This document shows positions 40,293 to 52,349 of a stretch of 64,000 nt of DNA, in pieces. The number at the start of each line of letters is the position of its first letter. Position 1 is the first letter of the stretch. Source of the stretch: Octopus vulgaris (taxonomy: Eukaryota). Below the pieces are notes generated by a model. It saw only the letters and a list, made by a program, of their open reading frames with translations. It was not told where the DNA came from and did no database searches. Both the position numbers and the translations under genes were made by a program. The stretch lies in the NCBI GenBank assembly GCA_951406725.2, contig OX597815.1, positions 156,736,001-156,800,000 of the forward strand, written 5' to 3'.

Positions 40293-40387
40293 TTAATAAT
40301 AATAATGATAATAATAATAATAATAATAATAATAATAGCAATAATAATAATAATAACAATGATAGTAATAATAATAATAATAATAAC

Positions 40388-40419
<32 letters not shown>

Positions 40420-40493
40420 CAATGATAGTAATAATAATAATAATGATAGTAATAATAATGATAATAATAACAATGATAGTAATAATAATAATG

Positions 40494-40545
<52 letters not shown>

Positions 40546-40974
40546 TAAGAATAATAATAATAATAAAAATAATAATAATAATGGCTACTTTATTTGACTC
40601 TTACTTAGCTGTATGGAATCATTAAAACTGTCAAGCTACCTTATATCGATCGACATTTATGAAAATGCTTCCGTAATAATTAACAAATATGTGCATATCC
40701 TGGATTTATTTCAACAAATAACTGATATGATGCCACTAACATAGAGACGGTGGATATTTAAGTTTATGAATAGCTTTAACACTAAAACAATGTTAATTAT
40801 TTTTTCATTCCGCCAGCAGATGGCTTTTGTTAAGATGCTAAGTGTGAATAGGAAATTTAGAATAATCATTAACATTTCATATAAAGAATAAAATGATAAG
40901 TAACAATGAATAAGTAGAATATAAACGGTGAAAAGAGGAACATTTACGAATTAGAAAGAAAATTTAATAGATAA

Positions 40975-41605
40975 TCTTTTCTAATCTAGGCCCAAGGCCC
41001 GAAATTTGGGGTGAGGGGGCCAGTCGATTAGATCGACCCCGGTACGCAACTGGTACTTAATTTATCCTTTTCTACTCTAGGTACAAGGTCCGAAACCTTT
41101 TGGTAAGGGGCCCAGTGGACTAGATCGACACCAGTACGCAACTGGTACTTAATTTATCGACTCCGAAATGATGAAAGGGAAAGTCGACCTCGGCGGAATT
41201 TGAACTCAGAACGTAAGGACAGATATAATGCCGCTAAACATTTTGCCCGGCGTACTAACATCGCCGCATTGAAACTTAATAGATAATAGCAAAAAATAAT
41301 TAACAGTCTAACAAAATGCATTTCCGAGTATAGAAAGGGTATATAGATGAAAACTTCAAAGAACATGAATACCAGAAAAACCTGAATGGAGCACATAAAT
41401 AATCTGTCTTAATATAGGATGGAGGACTGACATTTTGAGGTTGGGATGTAGTAGATTACTTCGACCTTCTGTGTATATTATCGATCCCAAAAGTATGAAA
41501 GGCAAAGTCGTCTTCGGTGGAATTTGAACTCAGAACGTAAAGACTGAAGAAATGCCGCTAAGTATTTTGTCCGGTATAGTAACAATTCCGTGAGCTCTTC
41601 GCCCA
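40975..41605 (-). mobile_element. Two family-A SINEs (the first has a duplicated 3' tail)
   Basis: Tail unit CTAGG..CAAGG.CCGAAA..GATCGAC..GTACGCAACTGGTACTTAATTTATC occurs twice before the body. A second copy lies at 41405-41605. Confidence 0.85.
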
Positions 41606-42054
41606 TAGGAAGTATGAAAATGCCATGACACATGATTTGGATTTGTGAAAGAACATGAAAAATAGATTAAAGTTGAGAAAATCAGTCATCAAGTTAGGAT
41701 ATGGCTATCAGAGAAGTATACTCCTACCATAAGACGATTTCGTAACACAAGGCAACAAGTTCAGGCCTACAAAAATAAAATTGTAAGATTTACCATAAAG
41801 GAAATTAGGTATGGAAGAACACTCGCCCGCGAATACTCTTTTGACTAAATTCAGGTTTGAAACTGCCGAGTATGAAAGTTTCTGAAACTCATATGCAAAG
41901 AATCTATCTAAGGATTAAGTTGAACCGGTAACTTAACAAATCGTATTATGTAAAACTGAAAATTCACTGTTTTCGATTACATGTGCATCCATAAAAGTGT
42001 TTACCACTAGCAATTTACACCCAACATAAATAGACATGGTCTAGAAAATTTATG

Positions 42055-43280
42055 TACGAGGGTCGGTTGAAAAGTTTAGACGCTGACCAAGATGCTCTCA
42101 CAGAATGTGACCAAATGAGGTTTATTTTTCAACATATTCTTCTTTGCAGTCCACACACTTCTTCCATCGGTTTTGCAGCGCTTGGATCCCATTAGTGAAA
42201 GAAATTCATCAACAGTAGATTTGTTGTCATCACCACTGCGATACTGGTTCCCATCCAAGAATTTTTTCATGTTGGGGATAAATGATAATTAGATGGGGCC
42301 AAATCAGGAGAATAGAGTGGGGAATGAATCAGTTTAAAGCCAGTTATGCATAGCAGCCATTAAACCAACGACGTGTGTGCTGGAGCATTGACCTGATGAA
42401 ACAAGATCTCTTTCGTTAGTTTTCCTGGGCATATGGTTCTGAAAGCCTTTCGTAACTGCCTCAGTAAATTGGCATAGTACACTTCAATGATGGCTTGGTC
42501 CTTCTGGAGATAGTAAATAAACACTTTTGCATCTCAAAAGACAGGCATTAACCTTCTCTGCAGATAAAACGACCATGGCTTTCTTTGGAGCATTTGGGGA
42601 AGGATATTTTTCCTGTATGGATTGTTTATTTGTCTTTGGCTCAAAGTAATGAATTCCACACTTATCCAGGGTTAGGAAACTTTCGAGGAAACCAGTTGAG
42701 TCTGTTTCAAACAATGTCAGATTTTCCCCGTGATGTGATCAGCCTGTTGTGCTTTTTCTCAAGTTTAAGAAGTGACACCCACCGAGCAGAAACCTTCTTG
42801 TCAAGTTCATTGTGCAGAATATTCTTAACTCTCTTACAAGATATACTAATAGCATTGGTTATTTGATTTATACCTGTCAACCATTACCATGTGGTGAACA
42901 CGATCAATGTTTTCCTCGGTAGTAGGAGTACCAGGACGTCCAGACCTTGGGTGATAGTCAACACTCTCCCGTCCCCTCCGAAATGGAGTTGCCCACTGTT
43001 AATAAAGCTGGAGCGTCATTCCCTAATGTAACCTCCATGTTAGCATGAACCCTTTTTCTGTAGGTACTTGGTAACAATATAAAGTCAAATTTTGTTGATA
43101 TTCAAGAGAAGAGGCTACCAGTTACTTTTGAGGTCATGTTTGAACAGTCAGATGTCAATTTACCTAGAAGGAAACAATGCAATTAATAAGAAGAATGCTG
43201 AAATTAAGGCATGCAGGATTTCACAGCTCTAGCATCACTCCTTGATAGTCAACCTATGAACTTTTCAGCCCACACTCGTA
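42055..43280 (-). mobile_element. Full-length but degenerate mariner (irritans-like), about 1.2 kb
   Basis: Imperfect TIRs TACGAGGGTCGGTTGAAAAGTT / AACTTTTCAGCCCACACTCGTA. Fragments RSGRP..TTEENID, KVSARWV, FLTLDKCGIHYFEPKTNKQS, MKKFLDGNQY. Confidence 0.87.
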
Positions 43281-43799
43281 GGTCAAACACTAAGAGAGCT
43301 AGAGGAGATTCATATAAAAGTTATAAAGGGATTTCGTTTTTGAGATGTTTTATAACAAAGTCAATGAAACAGTTAGCCAATACTTTGATTAAATCTATTG
43401 TAGTAAATACCTGTGCATTTATATTCTCAGCTATTTAATGGTGTAAAATTATGATGCTGAAAAGTTAGTACAGGTTTCTTATAGTGATTTTTGTTCGATT
43501 CATTTGGAAACTTGCAAAAGGTACAAAAATATACGTAGTAAATGTATTTTTCTTTATAGCAAATGAACTAATTTAATTAATTAAGTGATAAGTTTCGTTC
43601 CTGCTCTAAAAATAATAAAATTATTTGTATGTCATGATATGTTTAATATATCTGAAGAGTATACCTGTCGTATTAGGCCGATCAGTCATTAAATTACGAT
43701 TTCAAACTACTGGATAAAAAGAATATCAATAATTTGCTATGAAGACTGGAAAATCTTACAAAAAATCCTACTTTTACCTTCTTTTATTGATTCGTTGAG

Positions 43800-44045
43800 G
43801 ACAGTTTCCCTTTTAATGACCATGTATCGACACACGTGCTTATCACTGGACCATCTACATCTTCTTCCTTGTCCTCTTTTCTGGTCTTCTCCCTTTATCC
43901 GATGAAGAGCCATGCTGGAAACGTCATTTCCATTTAAAACTTTCTGGGAGTCAATCTAATAAATTCACTGTGTACATCCAATTCACTTTCGTTGTTTTGC
44001 TGGTTTGTTATTTTATTTCTTACCTTCTTTTTGGTCCTTGGATTT
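43800..44045 (+). mobile_element. Small repeat with an HHR-like motif, related in opposite orientation to 52942-53142 and 63016-63130
   Basis: CCGATGAAGAGCCATGCTGGAAACGTC at 43899-43925. The downstream part resembles the reverse complement of the 52.9 kb and 63.0 kb copies. Confidence 0.45.
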
Positions 44046-46989
44046 GCTTTGCTCTAATGATAGAACGCCTGGCGTTCTTATCTGAGTTGGTTATCTCTAT
44101 CTCACTTCCCTATCTAACCTCTATTATTTGTTACAAGCTGTCCTCGATCTTTCCCTCTCATTCACGTTTTTCTTGTTCTCATTGTCCATGAGATCTCATT
44201 ACAATATGATGAAATATTCCCACTCTATAAAATTTCCTTTCATAATCAAGGTGTGCTACGAAATGAATATTAATTCTTTAATAAATTTTCAGTTAAGGCC
44301 GAGGCTCACCTCATCAACAAGGCCGCTAGCAGAGCAGCGAACGGAAGCTACCTTTCTCTACTGCAATATCACGCATATCACTGCAAATATATTCACATCG
44401 TTCATTATAGCGAACCCCAGTAATTCATCCTCAATACCATTAACAAGATATTTAATACATCATTAAAATATTGTGTTTGATAATATACTTAAATGTACTT
44501 AAACATAATAAAATTCCTCGTTTAAAATGCATAAAATGTTCTTGTTGCAAGACATCATACATGATTTTGCAATCACGTGCTGAAAAATGATAATTTTTTT
44601 CTGTATTTTTAATCATTAAGTATTTAATGTTTCAGAAAAGGGGCGTTTCTACTTAGTAGATCGACCTGCTAGAAACAGCAGCCGAATTTCTCTCTTCAAG
44701 TCAGACTACTACCGTCATATCAAAATAAAATCATACGACGTATTTCTCAACAAAAGAAAACAATGGGTTTGCATGAACAGAATGTTTTCAGTTATAAGTT
44801 TGCTTAATCAGAACTGGCCTGATGCAAAGTAACAATAACACTCTATCAATACATGAATCCCTTTGAAAATTTTAGGTATTTACTTCGTTATATAGAATGT
44901 GGCCCTTACTTTCCAATATCTAGTAGGAAATCATAATGTTTAATAATGTTATGTTACACAGTCACACATACAATCCCATACACTTCAATTTCAACGAACT
45001 TAAGCAACATATATCATTCACTGAGAAGTATATTTACTCACCTATAACTGATTTCCAATCCAAAATTATACATAGACGATTGTATATCCTCCGTTTGTTT
45101 CGACGAGGTGCACTCCGGTTACATAAGACGACTTATAGTGAAAGTAGACAGACACAGGTATGCCTTTATTAATTATCACCGCCACTAAAGGCTGTATTAC
45201 TATTAGCAAATAGCAATTAAAATGCACTCAAGAATCCTCCAAAGATCACATGACAGGCCACTGAGGACAAAAGTAGGATTATTATCCAAAGCTAAGAATG
45301 CAGTCGTGTTTCTGGTTCAATAGCCATCATCACAATCGCCCGACCTTATTTCCTTAAGTCAAAAGACTTAGCTTTTACAATATCGTATTTATGGCCTATG
45401 CAGTTTTAAACACAAATGAGCTAGGAAAAATAGCTCAGAATACCTAGTTTTGTTAACAAAACAGAAGTATGATTATATATATATATAAGATAAATTCTTG
45501 GTTTATTTACTTTTCTCCAGCTCTGGAGTGTGTCATTTTTACCAAGTGGCAATTAAGTCCAGACAGTTGCAGCCTTACTACAGCCGTTGGGCAGAATCAG
45601 TATATCACAGCGAGAGAACACCAGTCCTTTGAACTATATACATAGTGCAACTACAGGACCTCTACACAGTTTTTATTTACAGTTTCATTCAAAAGATTTC
45701 GATTGACAGGAGGTGATAGGCAAGACGCAATTTTCAGAAAGAAACTAGGACATCATGATTGCAAAATAAAAACAAATACATATACATGCGTATGTATAAA
45801 CATACATAGGCAAATACATACATGCACACTCAAATACACATTTGCGCATATATTTACACATTAGTATTCATCACTAATGTATCAGGCAGTCAGAAAAAGC
45901 TTTTCTCTGAAGAGAACATGCAACGTGGTTGACGACTGCAAAACCAGGCATGAGAATAGCAGAAGCGAGCGAGTATCATATTCAGCGGACGCTCAATCAA
46001 CCTGCGTGAAACGCTCGTGTAATGACAAAAAGGCTACACGGCAAAGTGAATAGCATCAGCGTACAAATCCGATCAAAAACATCCGAAATAAAACGAAGAC
46101 ATGGCTTGCGCAATACAACACTATCTCGTCTTATGCAAAAATGACTACAACCAAAGCCAATACTAATGACCCTGACTATTCGAAAATAGTTTTTGATCAG
46201 AAATTATATTGATCGGAGCAAATTTAGTTTTATTGAGAGTGACACTTCTTAGACAAACTGGTTTCAGTAGCGCAAAAAGAGAACATTCTAAATATCAGTC
46301 AAAATAGGCAGAGCAATTGCCCACCAATTCGCTTATTTCTATGTTTTTGCATACTAATGCTTCATAGCAGACGAGCCAGTACTTTCCACGTCCATCCTTT
46401 CGTTTCTGTGAGTTTGTAGCTACTATCTTCGGAGATAGCCTTGTGGGGCATGGTGGTTGAGTCGTCGCCAAAACTGCTATGCAATAAGATTGTACTAGAA
46501 TACATGTACTTTCACTTATAACAAACACATACACACATTGTGTGTGTGTATGTGTGTGTGTGTGCGTGTGTGCGCGTGTGTGTGTGTGTATAACAGTTCC
46601 ACGATGTATCTTCTCATTTTTGGAAAGAAAAGCAGCCAAGCGAAGGAAATATCACAGATGCAAAAAAAATAAATGAACATGCAATACAGCGAGAAATGTA
46701 TTAAAAATAAGCTTTAACAGATATGGATGTGTAAACGTCCTCGCGCAAGCTGCATGGCATGTGTACACTCGCTCATACAAGTATCCACGAAAATGTAAAC
46801 GTACGCAAGCGTGTGGTTTGGTGCACACACAATTACAAAGCGAGTTAAATAGCTACTTGGTCTTTATAAGAACGAGGAGGTTAAAGCTAAACATAATTCA
46901 TCTATACCTTAATGTAAATTATGCTAAAAGTACCCGAATTCATTTCCACTGCATTGTGCGAAAGTACATTTATATGCGTGTAGGCATCT

Positions 46990-47416
46990 TGAGAGTCTTT
47001 CAGAAATTCTATAAATGATCTTCTCATTGGTTCACAGAATAGACAGGAATTTCCTCGGAGCATCTTCTGCAAATTGTATTGTATAGTTTTGCATGCTTTT
47101 CTATGGACCAAGTCATGTTATACTTAAATTTATCTTCCTTCCGTCGTCATGCAAAATCAGCCAAATATATTGAATGTCTCTTATTTATTGTCTTAAAGCT
47201 GGCGACATAGTTGCGATAACAATTCTTAAATGAATTAGCCGTCTGCCCAATGAGAACATACGGCCCTCCCTTTGTGTGTATGGTACATTAATATACAGGA
47301 TTTGTGCTCAAACAGAGGTTCACCAATGGGCATTTTGATTCTTCTCTGCATGAGCATTTATCATATTTATTTGTATATATGCCAGTTCTGACTTCATTTT
47401 CCGACGTTGTTACCAT
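46990..47416 (-). pseudogene. Penelope-like element GIY-YIG endonuclease remnant
   Basis: KCSCREESKCPLVNLCLSTNPVY*CTI...VLIGQTANSFKNCYRNYVASFK / RHSIYLADFA*..YNMTWSIEKHAKLYN..CRRC. This matches the PLE pattern CxCR..CPL..C..VVY..YIG.T...FK.RY.NH..SF...W.I...C. Confidence 0.8.
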
Positions 47417-47436
47417 GTTAGCTATAACATAAGCAT

Positions 47437-47615
47437 TTATTTACACTATTTACATTATTTACATTTGACGGATATTTGTCCTCATCTTCTTTGTTGTTAA
47501 CACAACGTTTCAGTTGATATACCCCCCAGCATTCATCAGGTGTTTTGAGGAAATTTCGAACGTGGGTTCTCATTCGTAAGGTATCTTTCGATGTTATAAT
47601 TATTATTATTATTAT
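47437..47615 (-). mobile_element. HHR-bearing short element, copy 1 (inverted relative to 48012-48198)
   Basis: About 160 bp is roughly 85-90% identical, by eye, to the reverse complement of 48012-48170. Confidence 0.8.
47499..47544 (-). ncRNA. Minimal type I hammerhead ribozyme motif
   Basis: Minus strand AACAC-CUGAUGA-AUGCUGGGGGGUAUAUCAACU-GAAA-CG-UU-GUGUU: 5-bp stem I, intact core, palindromic ACGU stem III, eroded stem II. Confidence 0.6.
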
Positions 47616-47731
47616 TTTTTCTTCTTTCAAATTTGCTTCCATTTCTTGCCGAGTGTCTTCCCGACTCCTAGGGCAAAGAAACTCATAGTATACATTGGTA
47701 GGCCATTAAACCAAACTCAGTAGTTCGTTCA

Positions 47732-47735
<4 letters not shown>
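47616..47735 (-). mobile_element. 3' UTR tip of an RLE-type LINE inside (ATT)n
   Basis: Reverse complement TGCCCTAGGAGTCGGGAAGACACTCGGCAAGAAATGGAAG resembles the 3' UTR at 38900-38940 (TGCCCTAGGTGTACGAAAAACACTCGGCGAGAAAAGGAAG). Confidence 0.6.
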
Positions 47736-47780
<45 letters not shown>

Positions 47781-47784
<4 letters not shown>

Positions 47785-47813
47785 CGAGTTCGATTCCTGG
47801 CAGTGACCTGAAT

Positions 47814-47883
<70 letters not shown>

Positions 47884-47925
47884 ATAATAATAATAATAAT
47901 ATTAATAATAATAATAATAATAATG

Positions 47926-48007
<82 letters not shown>

Positions 48008-48198
48008 CAACAACATCGTAAAATACCTTAGGAATGAGAACCTAGATTCGAAATTTCCCCAAGACACCTGATGAATTCTGGAGGATATATAAGCCGAAAC
48101 GTTGTGTTAACAACAAACAAGATGAGGACAAATATCCGTCGAATGTAAATAATGTAAAAAATGTACATAATTCCTCATCTCTTAAATATAGAACTGTA
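47781..48198 (+). mobile_element. HHR-bearing short element, copy 2: tRNA-like B-box remnant, (AAT)n spacer, HHR tail
   Basis: CCGAGTTCGATTCCTGG at 47784-47800, (AAT)n at 47811-48011, body at 48012-48198. Confidence 0.7.
48063..48108 (+). ncRNA. Minimal type I hammerhead ribozyme motif
   Basis: GACAC-CUGAUGA-AUUCUGGAGGAUAUAUAAGCC-GAAA-CG-UU-GUGUU. The core and stem I are intact; stem II is eroded. Confidence 0.6.
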
Positions 48199-48976
48199 TA
48201 AGCATTTATATTATTACAATTTGGCCGTATTTGGTACTTTTCATTGTGGTTTACATCTCCTTTGTTGATACTTAGAGGTAAAAGAAAATACAGGAGGATA
48301 AGATAATTATGATTGTATTTAATATATCCCTCTCTCAGATTCATACACTTGTTGCAGCGCTCCTTCACGACGACCACAACTTGTCAATCAGTGTTTGTTT
48401 ACGACTTAGCGGATCGCAAAGTCTTAGAACTTTAAAAAAAGCCAGTACAGACTTTATTCGATTTGTTCGCGTAAAAACCCTCAAGGTAGTGCCCCAGTAT
48501 GTCAGCAATTAAATCAGTGAAACACAAAAATAAAAAAACAGAGCCGAACCTTGAGTAATACAAGTTTTATTCGAGTTTTTCACAATTATTATTTGAATAA
48601 TCAAAATAATTAGATTGACTAATATAATTTGCATTAGAAAAAAATGAAGCCAAAACAATGTGATTGGAAAGTGAGTTTCTTAATCACACTGGCATGCCTG
48701 CGCCTATGATAAGAATAACAACGACAATAATAAAGGAGATAACGATGATGGTGGTAACGATGATAAGTGATAATGATAAAAATAGCGATTATTGCCGAGA
48801 TTGACTTTGTGCTTCATCCATCCACAGTCGATAAAGGATTACTGCAGCACGTTTAGAAGTAAACAAAATATGTATAATCGAGTATTCGGGTTGTTATATT
48901 TAACTGTTAACTCTTTCAGAATAAGTGGTGATGTGACAAACCGATGCTTTTAGTGACATCGTAAATACAGATTTTA

Positions 48977-49187
48977 TATCTCTTTATTGCCCACAAGGGG
49001 CTAAACATAGAGAGGAGAAACAAAGACAGACACAGGGATTAAGTCGATTATATCGACCCCAGTGCATAACTGGTACTTTATTTATCGACCCCGAAAGGAT
49101 GAAAGGCAAAGTCGACCTCGGCGGAATTTGAACTCAGAACGAAACGGCAGAGGAAATACGTGCTAACGGTTCTGCCAGATCGCCGCC
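48977..49187 (-). mobile_element. Family-A SINE
   Basis: Reverse complement of 5546-5776 with a short internal deletion. Confidence 0.9.
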
Positions 49188-49649
49188 TTGTACCAATACA
49201 GATATAATGTAAACAGATAAAAAAAAGGCATTGGAGGGGCGATGCATATTCTGCGTGCAGATAAATTTTTTCGCAGATTATAATGTCGCTTACAATACGT
49301 TGCTTACCCATGCTTTTTAGTTGAACTGAATGATTTTATTTTATTCTAAAGTATCACCATCATAGGTATTTCACTCCGGTGAAATTAAGAAATCAACTCA
49401 CACTCGCACACATACACACACACATAGTCGCATATGTATGTATGTGCGTATGTATGTATGTATGTATGTATGTATGTATGTATGTATGTATGTATGTATG
49501 TGCGCACTGATAGTCTACGCACACTAGTCTACGCGCATGGGTACTACATGATCTATACACATGCAGATGAGGGTCGATTCATATGATAAAGAAAGTGAAC
49601 AAAATAGTATGACCACTTGCTTATTTGTAGGTTCAATTTATTAATAATT

Positions 49650-49820
49650 TTTAGAGATATCCAAACCAAATATTCATCATTTCAAACCACCCACCCAATG
49701 GGTATTTCTGCCAAATGCGGTGAAAATCCGTCGTTTTTTTCCAGAAATTTTGCAAACACACAAACAGACAAAGATGAGTGATTACAATACCCTGCTTTCA
49801 CTTACTCGCGCAGGCTAAAA
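49650..49820 (+). mobile_element. Possible Helentron/DINE-like non-autonomous element 3' part
   Basis: GGTGAAAATCCG..CAAACACACAAACAGACA..GATTACAATACCCTGC..GCGCAGGCTAA: a short tetranucleotide tract plus a terminal hairpin. Confidence 0.35.
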
Positions 49821-50174
49821 CTCCTCATTTATATTGATATATTATTACAAGAAAAAATACAATATACAAATGAGTTATAATCATTATTACAATTGTCAAA
49901 CGATGACTGATAGAGATATTGTAATGGACAGATGTTGTGCATCTTAATGTCTCCGTCAATTTATTTTAATTAATCTCATTAGAAGAGATTGTGCTCATTG
50001 ACTTACCAGGACATAACAGACGGATATAAATGGATAGGTGTACAATGGAGTGGGTGTACATGTGGCAAACATATTAACACCTAAATTATAAATATGTAGA
50101 CATTGTGTGTAATGAATATTTTCAACTATTTTATGTTTAATATACATAAAAGAAGTTTCGATATCATATATAGC

Positions 50175-50350
50175 GCTAACCGGCAGAATTGATACTGTGC
50201 CGGGCAAAATGTTTAACAACATTTCATCCGTCTTCACGTTTTCAGTTCAGATTCCGCCGAGGTCGACTTTGCCTTCCATCCTTCGGAGAGGATAAAATTA
50301 AGTACCAGTTAGGCACAACAGTTGGTATTGTGCCAAAATCTGAAATCAAT
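50175..50350 (+). mobile_element. Family-A SINE
   Basis: GGCAGAATTG..GTTCAGATTCCGCCGAGGTCGACTTTGCCTTCCATCC..GATAAAATTAAGTACCAG. Confidence 0.85.
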
Positions 50351-50362
50351 ATCACACATACA

Positions 50363-50439
<77 letters not shown>

Positions 50440-50488
50440 GTATATATATGATATATATATATATATATATGAATATATATATATAGGA

Positions 50489-50619
50489 CTTATTCTTTGT
50501 TAGCCTAGTACTTATTCTATCGGCTCATTTGCCGAACCGCTAGGTTACGGGGACGTAGACACGCCAGTATCGGTTGTCAAGAGATATCGGGGACAAACAC
50601 ACAGATAAACAAACATACA

Positions 50620-50706
<87 letters not shown>

Positions 50707-50785
50707 CTCAACGGGCTTCTTTCAGTTTCCGTCTACCAAATCCACTCACAAGGCTTTGGTCGGCCCGAGCCTATAGTAGAAGAAA
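50489..50785 (-). mobile_element. Family-B SINE fragment
   Basis: GCCTAGTACTTATTCTATCGG..GCCGAACCGCTA..CAGTTTCCGTCTACCAAATCCACTCACAAGGC. Confidence 0.88.
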
Positions 50786-50833
50786 CCAAGCTGTACGTGC
50801 TAACCTGCCAGATCGCCGCCTTGTACCAATACC

Positions 50834-50872
<39 letters not shown>

Positions 50873-50916
50873 GTGTGTGCATGTGCGCGCGCATAGGTAT
50901 AACAGTCAACATTAAA

Positions 50917-50988
50917 TTTCAGTAGACCAACATGTATTATTTTCAGTAGACCAACATGTATTATTTTCAGTAGACCAACATGTATTAT
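50917..50988. repeat. 24-bp tandem repeat x3 (TTTCAGTAGACCAACATGTATTAT), repeated again at 51782-51843
   Basis: Directly visible. Confidence 0.92.
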
Positions 50989-51537
50989 CCCAACGAAAAT
51001 GTTAATTGGGACATCGAAGTTTCAGCTTCTTATGTATTCAGACCTCGCTGAAGAAGGTGATGTGGCCGAAACTTTGAAGTACTGCTCCGTAGTTTTTTAA
51101 TTGTATATAGATGTGTGTATGTGTGTGCATGTATGTATGTATGTATGTATGTATGTATGTATGTATGTATGTATGTGCGCACACTAGTCTACGCGCATAG
51201 GTACTACATGATCTATACACATGCAGATGAGGGTCGATTCATATGATAAAGAAAGTGAACAAAATAGTATGACCACTTGCTTATCGGGAAATTTGTAGGT
51301 TCAATTTATTAATAATTTTTAGAGATATCCAAACCAAATATTCATCATTTCAAACCACCCACCCAATGGGTATTTCTGCCAAATGCGGTGAAAATCCGTC
51401 GTTTTTTTCCAAATTGTCAAACGATGACTGCTAGAGATATTGTAATGGACAGATGTTGTGCATCTTAATGTCTCCGTCAATTTATTTTAATTAATCTCAT
51501 TAAAACACACAGATAAAAACACACACACACACACACA

Positions 51538-51609
<72 letters not shown>

Positions 51610-52276
51610 CATACAGGAAACATGCTGCGTTCCAGTTACTTCAATGTTTCGCTTTGCCGACCTTATACAAGGCACAGGTACTGGAAATTAAAAAGTAAAT
51701 GTCCTTCAGAGATAGAGAGAGAGAGGAGAGAGAGAGACAGTATGTGTGTGCATGCGCGCGCATAGGTATATCAACATTAAATTTCAGTAGACCAACATGT
51801 ATTATTTTCAGTAGACCAACATGTATTATTTTCAGTAGACCAAATGTCTGTCAACGAAAATGTAGTGGGACGTAAGTTTCAACATATTCAGACACTCGCT
51901 AGAAGAAGGTGATGTCCGTAAAACTTTGAAGTACTGCTCCGTAGTTTTTAATTGTATATAAATGTGTGATATGTAGTGTGTGTGTGTGTGTGCGTGTATG
52001 TGTGTGCGTGTGTGTGTGTGTGTGTGTGTTGGGAGAAAGAGATGTTTATTTTATGCGTGTATTATAGTTTTTGTACATTATAGAACTTAACACAGAAAAC
52101 AGAATCATATGTTTGTGTGTCTATGTATATGTGAGTGTGTGTGTATCTGTATCGACCAAACTATCCGATGTTGTTATACACCACTCATTACAATGCGCCT
52201 CCTTGCATTGTTGTGGCTTTCAAATTATACCATCTTATTGGGTAGACGCACGCGCACACACACATACACACACACA

Positions 52277-52344
<68 letters not shown>

Positions 52345-52349
<5 letters not shown>

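Noticed and set aside
40219-40625. Poly-Asn/Leu/Ile ORFs
   Set aside because: (AAT)n microsatellite next to a SINE.
46295-46639. 114-aa ORF containing KRKDGRGKYW (forkhead-like look)
   Set aside because: Only a few residues match, the rest of the domain is absent, and the ORF spans a (CA)n repeat.
50917-50988. 24-bp direct repeats as a possible CRISPR array
   Set aside because: The repeats are contiguous with no spacers, the context is eukaryotic, and there are no cas genes.
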